Positions 29,101 to 39,041 are shown, numbered from the stretch's first letter. The stretch is 64,000 bases of DNA from an uncultured virus (IMG/VR IMGVR_UViG_3300044646_000553) (IMGVR_UViG_3300044646_000553); one strand, 5' to 3'. Notes: generated by a model from the letters alone, not told the origin. Program-made: numbers and translations.

Positions 29101-31934
29101 ATGCTCGTGAAGCCTTAAAAACAGATTTAGCAGAAATAGAGGCCCTCAAAGGCAAGGTTGATTTAAAGATCGCTGCAACAGTTCTTGGCAAAGAAGAGAT
29201 GGAAGCACTTCGTAAAAATAGTGAGCATTTTTTAGGACTAGATGATTTTCAACAAAAAGTGTATATGCAAAACCTAAGAGTTATGTTCGGCATGGAAGGC
29301 GACCCTGCAATGCAGGAACAGTATAAAAATTGGCTGGCTATGGATGGAAACAAAGGAAAAACTTTTGATGATTTTGCTAATGCTAAAAGCACACAGTTAA
29401 CAGATATTGTTAAATCAGATTCTGGTGCTGTAGTTCCAGGCAATACTCCAGGAAACAAGAAAGGTCCAGACGCTTCTCCACTAGACGACCTATTAAAGAA
29501 ACTAAGAGATGTTCGTAAAAATACTATAAAGGTTACCAAAGGTTTTGATGCTTCCTTTAAATCATTAAACAAGATATTTGGTGGAAAGAAAACTATTGAA
29601 GTTTTCAGCGGTATTGAAAACGATATGAGAAGATTAGGCGCAGGAGAAGACCTGATTGATCTTATTGTTGGTATGGATCCAGCAGAGTTTGAAAAACAAA
29701 AAAACAAATTGTTTAAATTTAAAAACGGTGAAATTGTAGCATTAAAAGATGGTGCAAAAAGTATTGGTGATGCCCTTCAGTCAATCGCACTTGGAGATTT
29801 TGTTAGCACACAAGATAGAATGGTTAAGAATATTGGCAATCAAAATGTTGCGCTTGAAAGACTTCAGGCTGCTGGAGTAGAGGGTTCTATTGCCCTAGAC
29901 ATGGTTGCAGACTCTGGTACTGCAGCAGCAATTGCTAACAGTAAATTGTCAGACAAACAACTTAAAAAAGTTATAAAAGCAGCAAAAGAAGCAACAAAAG
30001 CACAAAAACAAATGGCTGCTACTGAAGCAATTACCAAAAAAATATCAGAAGTAAAAGACGAAGGAAAAGCATATACAAACTTAATTCAAGCAATAGGACA
30101 ATTTACCAGAGAAGAAATAGAGTTGATTATTAATAGTGCAGAGGCGATGGGACAATTGGCTATAGGTATTGATACGCCAGCCACGCTCAAAGTATTTAGG
30201 GACTTGCTAAATAGTTTAAAAAAAGAAGCAGAAAACAAATTTAAAATTAAATTATTAACTATAGAGGGAATGCAAGAAATATTTGATACTGGGTTTAGCA
30301 ATGCAATGGAATCTTTTGATGTAAAAGAAACAGCACTTAGACTTAGATTTAATGTTGACAACAAAGCCCTAAATGATGAAATTAAGAAGGCGGAAGAAAA
30401 AATTGCCTTAGCACAAGAAAAAATAAGAATAGAAGAAGTTGGATTAAAGCAGATTGAAGATCAAGAAGAAAAAGTTAATGAGCAATACGATAAAAGGCTT
30501 GAGGCTTTAGACGAGGTTGAAAAGGCAAATGCCTCAATATCTCAACAACAAAAGGGACAGTTAACTCTTGCCGAAGCCCTAACCTCTGGAGACATTGCTG
30601 CTGCTGCTCGTGCAGCCCAGGAAATGAGAGCACAACAGGCTGCAGACGCTGTTACAAAACAAAAAGAGGCTTTAGAGCAATCGAGAGAATATGAACTTTC
30701 ACAACTAAGATCAGAAGATGGAAGAAGTAGAATTGAGATTGAAACAAAAATTAAAGAATTGCAAGATCAAATTTATGAGATTGAGACAAAAAGCCTTGAG
30801 CCTAATAGAGAAACCTTACGACTAAACGAACTTGCATTAGAAAATGCAATAGCAGGATTAACTACTCTAGGAAAAACTAGAGAGCAATGGGAAGCAATTA
30901 AAAATGCTGTTGACCTTGCAAGAATAGCAAGTGCTCAATTTATTAAGTCAATGCAAGATGCTTTAAATATTCAAGGAAGTCTTATCAAGGGATACCAGGA
31001 GCAAAAGGTAAACACACCAGTTATAACTCCAGAACAAAAAGTGACATGTCCAGAAGGCTATGAGTTTGATGGAACTAATTGCGTAATGAAGGGTGCAACA
31101 GTTATTGTATGCCCTGCTGGATTTAAGCAGGTCGGAGACAAGTGCGTTAAAGAAGGAACAACAGAAATAATTTGTCCTGATGGCCACACACTGGTTGGAA
31201 ATAATTGCGTAAAAGAAGCAGAAAAAAAGACAGTCTGTCCTGAAGGATATAATTTGGTAGGAAATGACTGTGTTAAGGTGGGTCCAACAAAAACAGTCTG
31301 TCCTGATGGATATGACCTAGTAGGAAATGACTGCATCAAGCAGGGCAACAAGGTTGATGATCCTATAATTCCAGCAACTACACCAACCAAAACACCAGCC
31401 ACAACAAAGTATGTTGTAAAACCAGGAGATACGCTATCAGAAATTGCAGCAGACAATGATATTACTTTAAAACAGTTGTATGCTTTAAATCCTAAATTTA
31501 AAACTGACCCTAAGTATAATGGTGGAAATATGATTTGGTCAGGAACTACTGTTAAACTTCCTGGTGATGATGGAACAGTAGGCGGTGGGGGTGGAGGAAG
31601 GAATGTCCAAATTCTCTCAAAGGGTGGCCTCATAAACCCAATGCGATTTGCTGTAGGTGGTTTTGCAAAAGGTACTGACACAGTACCAGCAATGCTAACT
31701 CCAGGGGAGTTCGTTATGAGCAAGTATGCTGTCGATTCTTACGGAATAGATAATATGAAAAAAATAAATAATGGAGAATCGGTTGGCGGATCAGTGTATA
31801 ATAATACATATGCATTAACGGTTAATGCTAGAACAGATGCAAATCCAAATGATATTGCACAAGCAGTGATGGCAACAATTAAGCAGGTTGACGACAGAAG
31901 AATTAGGGGGGTGGCAATAAGTGGCAGAAGATGA
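23160..31934 (+). CDS. Tape measure protein with accessory domains (kinase-like, CPxG Cys repeats, LysM)
   Basis: 2924 aa. TP901-type core (GRQLMVGFTVP, DFLNAVENQT, GINASEGANALKS), hydrophobic segments, coiled coils, C-terminal GTDTVPAMLTPGEFV, and LysM YVVKPGDTLSEIA. Confidence 0.9.
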   Translation: MADVQSNIHVNIDTSDALASLKLLQRQISAFHTQMSKSGAAASAVAANQAQNLMNSINATGQFQASMRTVATSTEHFTNALERNKLTSREYFRYTGAATKTFGRLFKSEFETINKVARERVKDIQTQYIKMGRGANGALQAIAVRPLTLDMKNLGTQTAMAAQRQQLLNQLLKQGSTNLLNFGKNTQWAGRQLMVGFTVPLMLLGSTAAKTFMKLEEQAIRFKRVYGEMFTTQEETDAMVKDIQLLAKEYTKYGVAVEKTMEMAANAAAMGKMGEELKAQVMEATRLAVLGGVEQEQALETTISVTNAFGVAAEDLAKKIDFLNAVENQTVVSIEDLTIAIPKAGPVVQQLGGDVEDLAFFLTAMKEGGINASEGANALKSGLASLINPSEKASKMLAGLGINIKGIVEANAGDVKGTVVDFAAALDTLDPLNRARAIEQLFGKFQFSRLSTLFQNVTAQGTQASRVLQLTKATTEELAILSERELARIEDSTTYRFKKTIEDLKVSLAPVGEQFLKALTPIVEFVGKVLEKFNGLGDGSKRFITILTVALGAIGPVALMTFGLLANGVANIIKLFAAMKSSFNRAGSSTQILGQQTDYLTKEQMEASAVAASLDQVHQRLRQTFTSETAAVNALALAYRNAIAAQVGFTGPVGKGRMPQSKKYSNGITNIPGPKGAGDIVPILASPGEAVIPADAAQDPANKPFIAHMVAGKKLPGFKKGTEEIKKDNNVVNKTHVGGKSTPKDIQEIIRTNPYMSADQKAKLLAMEQIFKSQGLPAMTTTKHGLMFDFPEWMNKIMPSTTSGVSKEEFIKEWERRGPEKWKASGMNATQAASMDRAFREAIGMSTKPYINDSIMDDLFRNRVPELLGPDDKGLQKAQQLYATDYRFNMGKGLGTTPEESRKILQNAKDKGFIKDFSIKEGFGTGEGRTDKIVTKSSTVTLNDGTVVNMNRLGTGTTPVISQKTSKGPVTAPELIQENMEKAQTQESRLKAIADDAAKTKTGQKKPTNFGRQISGTSGRSFAVREIGGLYEKPNGQKVFVKPMMSELDAIAEKRATDFARSVQGLDTPKQTISTMIDPTDPTGKRKIIVLESKFDPKYADSIPKSFTQDQYFRQLVSANLRGDKDLKRGNLGGNVLTDVGTAGVFDKASGVRTLSEKMPSLAEMAEENLKGVPGKQAKNSPNWFANATKDIALNMSPDEYDRAMKSEIQRQLAKAEPYVAKMPLTDPLRPQYVMMLERLKEGLKVDWKTLHQKHSSILVKPDEVSEDENEKTKKIKSEPNNRKFKSNSPKDTRIAPASIAPSVRQGPRGIKIPGFSEAPMSSQEVKQRIAKEHSQAKAAASRTALYGSGPIDAEQKSLRRQLKKLEGNGKTLNNVAAKVAVTQKVVTDNMTENVKKQGVAARMQQKLKAKYNASKEAKAAAKAAGTPKTGMGMGGAAMGVAGVAMVGSMIPGSVGEMFQKLMMPLMGLAMILPMLSSRMGALAVGVGAITAAYIYQRMQFDKAQDAAMKLTEAMGSGSESIRNLSKFANTVSAGETMDRKRKEAFSPFQIKTGKTTFGESFMAGEDGKAMAKNVGETIKSSGSKQVAQDQVFNQMATAVASGALSPAQARSIVGNLAQELGDYSFGISVNAKLIEFLGPNGENILKDPIGVRVKILQDTREKMNLSTEAARKAGGFTGTDKLKTGGFTLGGAAAGAGTGFVAAGLGAAGAAAMGATIGSAVPVVGTIIGAALGAGVGYFLSKKDRNKRIGEASGASVAMQKMALEQQQEMMDSVELQYIKEMEIAKAKGDQNKIDELTLQYSKDRVRLLEQNAALVGDIQKNFSESEGATRKALMTGVDKAITKRYKGTNLEDVVPLATSGINDSKLKDEIKYTLKMEMASGQIDPLQMIEIFDKFGKDATSMEAVATIITKFGGKFANEAMGVVAMFKDPKQSADFVARLSLQDPDMAAKDLQLFQKISQSGQVIDLDVALNYYNTDEDAREALKTDLAEIEALKGKVDLKIAATVLGKEEMEALRKNSEHFLGLDDFQQKVYMQNLRVMFGMEGDPAMQEQYKNWLAMDGNKGKTFDDFANAKSTQLTDIVKSDSGAVVPGNTPGNKKGPDASPLDDLLKKLRDVRKNTIKVTKGFDASFKSLNKIFGGKKTIEVFSGIENDMRRLGAGEDLIDLIVGMDPAEFEKQKNKLFKFKNGEIVALKDGAKSIGDALQSIALGDFVSTQDRMVKNIGNQNVALERLQAAGVEGSIALDMVADSGTAAAIANSKLSDKQLKKVIKAAKEATKAQKQMAATEAITKKISEVKDEGKAYTNLIQAIGQFTREEIELIINSAEAMGQLAIGIDTPATLKVFRDLLNSLKKEAENKFKIKLLTIEGMQEIFDTGFSNAMESFDVKETALRLRFNVDNKALNDEIKKAEEKIALAQEKIRIEEVGLKQIEDQEEKVNEQYDKRLEALDEVEKANASISQQQKGQLTLAEALTSGDIAAAARAAQEMRAQQAADAVTKQKEALEQSREYELSQLRSEDGRSRIEIETKIKELQDQIYEIETKSLEPNRETLRLNELALENAIAGLTTLGKTREQWEAIKNAVDLARIASAQFIKSMQDALNIQGSLIKGYQEQKVNTPVITPEQKVTCPEGYEFDGTNCVMKGATVIVCPAGFKQVGDKCVKEGTTEIICPDGHTLVGNNCVKEAEKKTVCPEGYNLVGNDCVKVGPTKTVCPDGYDLVGNDCIKQGNKVDDPIIPATTPTKTPATTKYVVKPGDTLSEIAADNDITLKQLYALNPKFKTDPKYNGGNMIWSGTTVKLPGDDGTVGGGGGGRNVQILSKGGLINPMRFAVGGFAKGTDTVPAMLTPGEFVMSKYAVDSYGIDNMKKINNGESVGGSVYNNTYALTVNARTDANPNDIAQAVMATIKQVDDRRIRGVAISGRR
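31047..31334 (+). repeat. Five 21-aa CPxG(Y/F/H)-x6-C repeats inside the tape measure protein
   Basis: CPEGYEFDGTNC, CPAGFKQVGDKC, CPDGHTLVGNNC, CPEGYNLVGNDC, CPDGYDLVGNDC. Confidence 0.9.
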
Positions 31935-32562
31935 GTTAGACCCTAGAGTTGTATACATGCAGGGTCGTAAAAAATATAATAGACCTAGCGGCATGCTTTG
32001 GTCAGAAAATTCTGGAACACTGCAAGATGGCTTATACATCCCATATGGTTATGAAATTGGGGTAGACCCAGAAGTTGTCGAAGATGACACATTGCTAGAT
32101 CAGTTTTTGTTAATTACTGATGACAATAGGCAGCCAATTGAGTTTTCACAAGAGCGTATTGAAAAGCGGGAAAGAATGATCAATGGTCGTATGCGATCAT
32201 ATCACATTGCAGATAAACTTCAGTTAAGCACAAGTTGGGAACTTATTCCATCAAGATCTCATGCAGATGTACCGCATTTTGATGTTGCCACTGGACTATC
32301 ATCAGTTAAGTCATACACAACAGATGGCGGAGCAGGTGGAGCAGATATGCTTGAATGGTATGACTCTCACAAGGGCTCATTCTGGGTATTTCTTGCATAC
32401 GATAGAAAAGGAATATTTAAAGGAACTCCAGACCCATATGATCACCTAGGACAATATAACCAGTTAATAGAAATGTTTATTAGTGATTTTTCATATTCTG
32501 TTGAAAAACGAGGATCAAATTTTGATTACTGGAATGTATCAATAAGTTTGGAAGAGGTATAA
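31921..32562 (+). CDS. Putative distal tail/minor tail protein
   Basis: Follows tape measure; RMINGRMRSYHIADK and a C-terminal SISLEEV. Confidence 0.55.
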   Translation: MAEDELDPRVVYMQGRKKYNRPSGMLWSENSGTLQDGLYIPYGYEIGVDPEVVEDDTLLDQFLLITDDNRQPIEFSQERIEKRERMINGRMRSYHIADKLQLSTSWELIPSRSHADVPHFDVATGLSSVKSYTTDGGAGGADMLEWYDSHKGSFWVFLAYDRKGIFKGTPDPYDHLGQYNQLIEMFISDFSYSVEKRGSNFDYWNVSISLEEV

Positions 32563-35500
32563 TGTTTGAAGACAAAGACCTACAAACATTCCTAGAGACT
32601 TCTCCAACTGTCAGAAATAAGTCGGTAGTCATAGCAGAATGGAATATGAACATTCCAACCAATATAAAACATATTGGAAACTATAGGTATAGACCAACAC
32701 AAGCATCTACCGTCTACTCTTCCTTACCCACAAGTTTTGACATTAATGATGCTGGAAATTTTTATACTGACGCAACTGATGCTGATGTTTTGGTTGATGG
32801 TACATTTGATAATAACGATATCCCCACTACCTTTTTAACAAAGAAAGAAAAATTAAAAACCTTATATTCTTTAGAAGACTGCTTCAATCAATTTAGACCA
32901 AGATCTGGTATTAACAAGGCAGTATTTTTTGAGAATGGAAAACTTCATCACCCCAATCTATTTATGGCTGATAGACCAAGATATTATATGCCAGACAAAA
33001 ATGATTTATTTAAATATTGGACTTCATACAGAACAGAGTCAGGGCAAGAATATGGAATTGCTTCTAAAGTTCGTGGATCCCAATATGACATTGAGGATGC
33101 ATGCCCTTTTGTTGTTTATAAAGAAAAAATTCCAACAAATAGGGTTGTAATTAAAATGCAAACACACACTGGAACAGAAAATCTTGGACCATTTTCATCT
33201 TCAACGGGATCATTTTTAGACCCATTCTTTGGAGAACTAAATCAAAAAGTTCCTAGCAAATGGAAAATACAATTTTTAAAAGATAACAATTGGCAAGATG
33301 TCATATCTTTTGACCCATCAAAAAGAAGAAAAGATGGGTCTGCAATAATTCAAAGCGATGGATATGTTGAGATTGCTTACGGATTAATTGTGCCAGATGA
33401 ATGGAGGTCTAACTTTGTTTTTGCAGAAGTATACTCAAGCATATCTCTACTTCCAAATAAGTCTGTAACTGGGTATGCCTACTTAATCAAAGAAAATGAA
33501 AATGATATGGGCGAATATCATATATGGAACGGTGTGGATTATACAATTATAAAACCAAAATATGGGTGGTATGTTCAAGATGAAACTGTAGATAGACTCA
33601 CTAACTTTGTTACAGACGCAACATCTCCTGATGTGTTTACTAGATCTCTTGATGGAAAAAAGCAATATAGAGAGTTTGAGTTTATTTCTGGAATAAGAAT
33701 TGTTGTTGAAACAATGAATGTAAAAGACTCAACATTTGATTTAATTGAAATTTCTCCAAGACTAGTAATGAACATATCAGATAAAACCCTAGACTATTCA
33801 GTAAATAAAAGCGCTTCAGACTTAGGACTAAGTGGTCTTCCAGTAGGGCAACTAGTTGCATCAAATGGAACAGTAAATATATTTGATTATGATCAAGCAT
33901 TTAACGAAAACAATCCTTTTTCTTTTGTGACTGGCAAAGGAAGCATTATCTCAAAATATATAAACAGACATATACAGTTTAAGTTTTATGAGGTTATAGT
34001 AGATGTAGATGGATGGGACTATTGGGTTCCAATAAAGACTTTGTACTCTGATTCATTCCCAAAGGCAGATATAGAAAACAAAAAAATCTCAATAACTCTA
34101 AGAGATCTTTACTGGTACTTAGAATCAATAACTGCTCCACAAATATTAATGACAGAAGTTTCTGTTAGTTCTGCAGTTTCTCTTTTATTAGATTACATAG
34201 GATTTTCCAATTATACATTTAAAAGAGTAGAGAATGAAAAAGAAATAATAATTCCATACTTCTTTGTTGGCCCAGATAAAAGCGTTGCGGAAATCTTAGA
34301 AGATTTGGCGGTATCAACACAAACAGCAATGTTCTTTGATGAGTATAATAACTTTGTTATGATGAGCAAAAACTATATTATGCCAACCATTGCACAAAGA
34401 CCAACCACCTTTGCTCTAAAGGGAACAAATGATCTATTTCAAGATAAAGAGATAAAAAATAAAACACTTATTAATTCTAAACTTGCCAACATCATTTCTG
34501 TGTCAGCACAGTCTAACAATGTTTATAATGATGGAGTAATTAATTATACAACAAGACATATCCAAAGATCTATAGGATCATTAAGACAAGCAAGCCTTTT
34601 GGATGACGAAAGGTTTTATGTCTACAAGCCAGTTCTTCTATGGGAAGTTTCTGGCAGCGAAAATACAAAATCTTTAAATAATGAAATTGGAACGCAGTCT
34701 TCCTATCTGCTCAGTGCAATTCCACTAAACGCAGATCTGTCTGCAGATGTTCCAATTGTAAAAAACGGTATTGTTATTAATAATACCTTTAGCCTAGGAG
34801 AAGCGTCATATTGGATTGGTAGATATAATGGATACTTTTATTCACAAGGAGAAATTATAAAATACGATGCTGTTCAATATAATGTAACTGGATTTGGAAA
34901 TGTTTGGATTACATCTATTGAAGACTATCAAGATTATTTTGCCAAACTGCCATTCAATGGAAAGATATACCCAACTGGTTTGGTAAGAATTTATTCTGAG
35001 CCTAAATACTTTGAGCAAGAAGGAATTGTTAAACTGCAAAATGGTCCAGTGGTAAAACATGGTCGTGGTCAATTTGGAACAGAAGTTGTTGCACACTCTG
35101 CTGGAATATCTGATTATTGGAAATCAGACGACAACATAAAAGGATGCTACATGGCATCTGAATACCTATTTGATAATAAAGAACTTCCAACAACATCAGT
35201 TGCTGCTGCTGGGAAAGTAACAGACACTGGGTCATCTTCTGATGCTCTTGCAAGAACATCTTCAAGAACTGGACTTATTAAAAACTTTCTTTCTACAACT
35301 CTTACTGGAGAAATAGGAACATCAACACAGCAACAGCCAGGTTCTATTCAGTCTTCTGCTCTGTCTTTAACTGGTCCTAATTTTACAACAAAAGAAAAGC
35401 CAAGAAACTTTTTATCATATGTCCATAAGTCATTAGAGAATAAAAAGTACAAACACTTTGGAACAAGAATGAGGATTGTTGGCAAAATAGAAAATAATCA

Positions 35501-36872
35501 AGACAGAGGCCAAACCTCAAACGGATCTTCTACTTACTTTGTTGTAAATGGTTCTACACCAGACAAAAATATAAATGTTTCTGGAGGTTCTGCTGGAATT
35601 GCGGTAATGCTAAACCCAACAACGAATGTTGGTTATTATTTTGAAATTGCAGCGTTGGGACTTGGAAAGTTGTCAAAAACAGAAAAAGAAAGTGTTAGCA
35701 ACGTATTTTTTTATAAGGTAGAGTCTGACAACGGAACAGCGGTTCCAGTGAAACTGTGGGAAGGCCTAGGAGAAATTACGGTAGATGACGGAAGATTTAC
35801 TGGACAGTCAAGAAGTTTTGCTGAAGAAAATCCAACGGTATATGATTTAGCAGTAGAATACGAAGACATAGGAAAAACAAGAAGATTTTATCTATATCTA
35901 AATGGAAGTCTTTTAGTATCCGTAGATGACCAAAATCCTCTACCAGCCTATTCCAATATTGCATTATTTACAAGAGGATCTTCTAGAGCAATGTTTGAAA
36001 ATGTGTATGCACTATGCAATAACTATTCTCAAAATACATCGTTTTCTTTAGGTGCCCCAGTAAACTCTGCCTTTGGAGATATTGAAATTGACGCAAATGA
36101 ATCTTTTAGAAAGTATTCAATTAGTGGCTTAATACAAAATACATATTTAACTGGAATTGGTTCTTCTGAGCCACCAAAGTATGATATTTATTTTGAAGAG
36201 TTTGGAAGTATTATGAGAGAAGCAGCCGTGTTTAATTTTAAATATGACAAAGCGTATCCAGCCCTTAGCGCTAAAATTTCTCCAACATTTAATAAAATGA
36301 AGAGTTATGTTGTATCTGGGTTTAGAGCAGGATCATATGGAGCAGAGTTTCTTATATTTAATACAACAGATGCTCCAATTACTTTGGATGAAACAAGTGG
36401 TAACTATTTAAGAATTCAAGGAATTACTTTTACTCAGCAGTCTGAAAATAATCTTACGGTAGATGAATATTTTAATAAAAATACTCTTGTCTCTAATCCA
36501 CAGTTTGTTGCAGATAGACTAATCTCTAATCCATATAAATTTAAACAAGACTATCAGGATATTAAACTTAGCAGAATGACACATGGTAAGCGAGACTTTG
36601 CTTTAGAAACTGTATATATTCAGTCACAAGATGAGGCTTCTAGTTTGATGAAATGGCTTGTTGAAAAAGTTACAAAACCAAGAAGATCCCTAGGAGTTAA
36701 AATATTTTCAATACCAACAATTCAACTTGGAGACATTGTTAGCGTAGACTATAAAGAAAACGATATAAGTATGGCATCAGATCCAAACAACAGGTTTGTT
36801 GTATATAATATTGAATTTTCAAGAAGTTCGGATGGACCAGAAATGACTTTGTTTTTAAGTGAGGTGGCCTAA
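32562..36872 (+). CDS. Large tail tip/baseplate hub protein
   Basis: 1436 aa; LEDLAVSTQTAMFFDEYNN and IPTIQLGDIV are typical of hub/central tail proteins. Confidence 0.65.
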   Translation: MFEDKDLQTFLETSPTVRNKSVVIAEWNMNIPTNIKHIGNYRYRPTQASTVYSSLPTSFDINDAGNFYTDATDADVLVDGTFDNNDIPTTFLTKKEKLKTLYSLEDCFNQFRPRSGINKAVFFENGKLHHPNLFMADRPRYYMPDKNDLFKYWTSYRTESGQEYGIASKVRGSQYDIEDACPFVVYKEKIPTNRVVIKMQTHTGTENLGPFSSSTGSFLDPFFGELNQKVPSKWKIQFLKDNNWQDVISFDPSKRRKDGSAIIQSDGYVEIAYGLIVPDEWRSNFVFAEVYSSISLLPNKSVTGYAYLIKENENDMGEYHIWNGVDYTIIKPKYGWYVQDETVDRLTNFVTDATSPDVFTRSLDGKKQYREFEFISGIRIVVETMNVKDSTFDLIEISPRLVMNISDKTLDYSVNKSASDLGLSGLPVGQLVASNGTVNIFDYDQAFNENNPFSFVTGKGSIISKYINRHIQFKFYEVIVDVDGWDYWVPIKTLYSDSFPKADIENKKISITLRDLYWYLESITAPQILMTEVSVSSAVSLLLDYIGFSNYTFKRVENEKEIIIPYFFVGPDKSVAEILEDLAVSTQTAMFFDEYNNFVMMSKNYIMPTIAQRPTTFALKGTNDLFQDKEIKNKTLINSKLANIISVSAQSNNVYNDGVINYTTRHIQRSIGSLRQASLLDDERFYVYKPVLLWEVSGSENTKSLNNEIGTQSSYLLSAIPLNADLSADVPIVKNGIVINNTFSLGEASYWIGRYNGYFYSQGEIIKYDAVQYNVTGFGNVWITSIEDYQDYFAKLPFNGKIYPTGLVRIYSEPKYFEQEGIVKLQNGPVVKHGRGQFGTEVVAHSAGISDYWKSDDNIKGCYMASEYLFDNKELPTTSVAAAGKVTDTGSSSDALARTSSRTGLIKNFLSTTLTGEIGTSTQQQPGSIQSSALSLTGPNFTTKEKPRNFLSYVHKSLENKKYKHFGTRMRIVGKIENNQDRGQTSNGSSTYFVVNGSTPDKNINVSGGSAGIAVMLNPTTNVGYYFEIAALGLGKLSKTEKESVSNVFFYKVESDNGTAVPVKLWEGLGEITVDDGRFTGQSRSFAEENPTVYDLAVEYEDIGKTRRFYLYLNGSLLVSVDDQNPLPAYSNIALFTRGSSRAMFENVYALCNNYSQNTSFSLGAPVNSAFGDIEIDANESFRKYSISGLIQNTYLTGIGSSEPPKYDIYFEEFGSIMREAAVFNFKYDKAYPALSAKISPTFNKMKSYVVSGFRAGSYGAEFLIFNTTDAPITLDETSGNYLRIQGITFTQQSENNLTVDEYFNKNTLVSNPQFVADRLISNPYKFKQDYQDIKLSRMTHGKRDFALETVYIQSQDEASSLMKWLVEKVTKPRRSLGVKIFSIPTIQLGDIVSVDYKENDISMASDPNNRFVVYNIEFSRSSDGPEMTLFLSEVA

Positions 36873-37438
36873 TGAATGTAGAAGGACTCAAGTATCCGAC
36901 ATATCTTTCTTCTGTGGCTGCAATTCCCGAAGCATCTAAAAAAGAAACTGACGATTCGGTAAAAGTTGCAACGCTAGACTTAATATTAGAACAAGAAGAC
37001 ACAATGTCTATTGAAATAATGACAGACTTAATTTTTGAAGACATTGGTGGATATGAACTTGCAACAATATCAAGACACGATTTAGTCAATGGGCAGAAAG
37101 TAATATATGCTCCAATCAAAAACCTTACAGACTTGTATTTGCAGTATAACCCAAACAATGTTTTAAGATTGCAATCGTCCGACTCCTACTTTAAATCTTT
37201 GGCCCTGTCTATTTTCAATCACCTTCCAGTGTGTGGCAACGGTTATGACCTTGTTGGAACAGATCCAGATCTAACAAAAAGAACAAAGGTCCCGAACTGC
37301 AAGTCAGTATATATAGATCCAATAACTGGAGACCTAGTAATTAATTTGGTTAATGTAAAAGAGGGTGAGCAAGCGGAGGTCGAAATATTGACCGCTGGAA
37401 ACATTTTTGATGATACAATATACTATGGGAGCGTTTAA
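36872..37438 (+). CDS. Putative minor tail protein
   Basis: Translationally coupled within the tail module. Confidence 0.5.
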   Translation: MNVEGLKYPTYLSSVAAIPEASKKETDDSVKVATLDLILEQEDTMSIEIMTDLIFEDIGGYELATISRHDLVNGQKVIYAPIKNLTDLYLQYNPNNVLRLQSSDSYFKSLALSIFNHLPVCGNGYDLVGTDPDLTKRTKVPNCKSVYIDPITGDLVINLVNVKEGEQAEVEILTAGNIFDDTIYYGSV

Positions 37439-38601
37439 TGATAACTAATACAGGGAAAAATCTTTTAGCAAAATATCTAGTAGGACAGACACCGTCTTAT
37501 GCATCGCATATTGCGGTTGGATGCGGGGCTAACCCAGTAACTCCAGACCATACCTTTACCACAGAAGAATTAAATTCTATGAAAAATAAAGAATCTTTAA
37601 ATTTTGAGATGTTTCGTGTTCCAATTATTTCAAGGGGATTTGTAAATGAAGAAGGACTATCAAAGGTAGTGCTTACAGCAGAAATGCCTACAGAAGAAAG
37701 GTATGAAATTACTGAGGTAGGAATATTTTCTGCAGGATCTAACCCAGTTGCTGGATCATTTGATAGCAGAGTTGTTTATTCTTTTGCAGAAACAGACAAC
37801 TGGCTATACAGTATTGACGGAGAGTCTCCTTTAGAAATACCCATACAATATGGCCCACTAGATGGAGACCAAAACAATGGAAACATAAATCAAGAATCAA
37901 AAGTTTTTTCTACAAATGCTGACAATAGAATTTTTACAGATGAGGATAGAGTTGCAAGAAACGAAAGATGTCGATTCTTAAATAATATTATTGCAATGCG
38001 AGGGGATACATCTACCCTTGAGTATAGTCCACAAAACTCTTTGTTTGCCCTAGTCGGTTCAGACTACATAACATTAGATCCGACCTCTGTAGATTTTACT
38101 AAAAACAGCCCGTCTGATGAATTAAGGCTTGCTTTTTCTGTTGTTAATAGAGTTACAAATCAAAATGCTGTTCCAGATAATGTTAAAATAATGTTAGAAT
38201 TTTCTCATACTGGCGCAGGCGGTTTTACTCAGTATGCCAAGTTTGTTGTTGATATTGATGATGTGGGATATGAAAGTGGGTCTTCTGCAAACACTCATGA
38301 TTTTACAAATAATAGATATATTGTAGTCAAGAAATCCTTTCAAGAGTTAGACAAAACTTTGGGCTTTAAATGGTCCAATGCTTCAACAGCAAAAATCTAT
38401 GCTTATATTACTAAAGATGGCCTACCTTCAGATTCTTTTTATGTTTGCTTAGATGCCTTAAGAGTTGAAAACACAACATCTACAAACTCTTTATACGGAC
38501 TAACTGGATATTCTGTAATTAAAAATATTAATGCTAGGCCAGTGATTAAGTCATCTAATACAACCAACTATATAGAGTTTAGATTTGTTCTGGATGTTTA
38601 A
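37438..38601 (+). CDS. Putative tail/baseplate protein
   Basis: N-terminal MITNTGK...IAVG-x-G...ITEVGIF resembles tail-collar fibre N-termini. Confidence 0.55.
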   Translation: MITNTGKNLLAKYLVGQTPSYASHIAVGCGANPVTPDHTFTTEELNSMKNKESLNFEMFRVPIISRGFVNEEGLSKVVLTAEMPTEERYEITEVGIFSAGSNPVAGSFDSRVVYSFAETDNWLYSIDGESPLEIPIQYGPLDGDQNNGNINQESKVFSTNADNRIFTDEDRVARNERCRFLNNIIAMRGDTSTLEYSPQNSLFALVGSDYITLDPTSVDFTKNSPSDELRLAFSVVNRVTNQNAVPDNVKIMLEFSHTGAGGFTQYAKFVVDIDDVGYESGSSANTHDFTNNRYIVVKKSFQELDKTLGFKWSNASTAKIYAYITKDGLPSDSFYVCLDALRVENTTSTNSLYGLTGYSVIKNINARPVIKSSNTTNYIEFRFVLDV

Positions 38602-38603
38602 AA

Positions 38604-39041
38604 ATGACAAATACACCAGACAAAGGAATTAAAAATGTAGTTGTTAAAAAAGAATCCCTGGGAAAGGTAACAGGATCTAATGCAACCGTTGTAAGATTTC
38701 GACTAGTATCAGAAGACAAAAATAGAAAATCTCCATATTCTCAAATATTTGTTACAGAATCTGGAGAGGTCTTTATAGGTATTGGAGATATAAATGTTGT
38801 GGGGAATACCGTGTTTGTAAACTGGGCATCTGGAGATGTTTCTACACAAATAATGTATGATGTTTTTGTAGGGTTTGATTCTTCTGCACCAGCGTTTAAA
38901 GCAACAACTGGATCAACTAACTACTCATTCTTAAAAACTGGAACAACCTCTGTTAGAGTAAGAATCCAAGTATCTTCAATAAATCCAGCACTAAATGAAG
39001 ATTTAAAGATTTACGACTCTGGAACGATTCCTCTGGTATAA
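38604..39041 (+). CDS. Putative minor tail protein (beta-rich)
   Basis: 145 aa, Ser/Thr/Val-rich, within the tail module. Confidence 0.45.
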   Translation: MTNTPDKGIKNVVVKKESLGKVTGSNATVVRFRLVSEDKNRKSPYSQIFVTESGEVFIGIGDINVVGNTVFVNWASGDVSTQIMYDVFVGFDSSAPAFKATTGSTNYSFLKTGTTSVRVRIQVSSINPALNEDLKIYDSGTIPLV

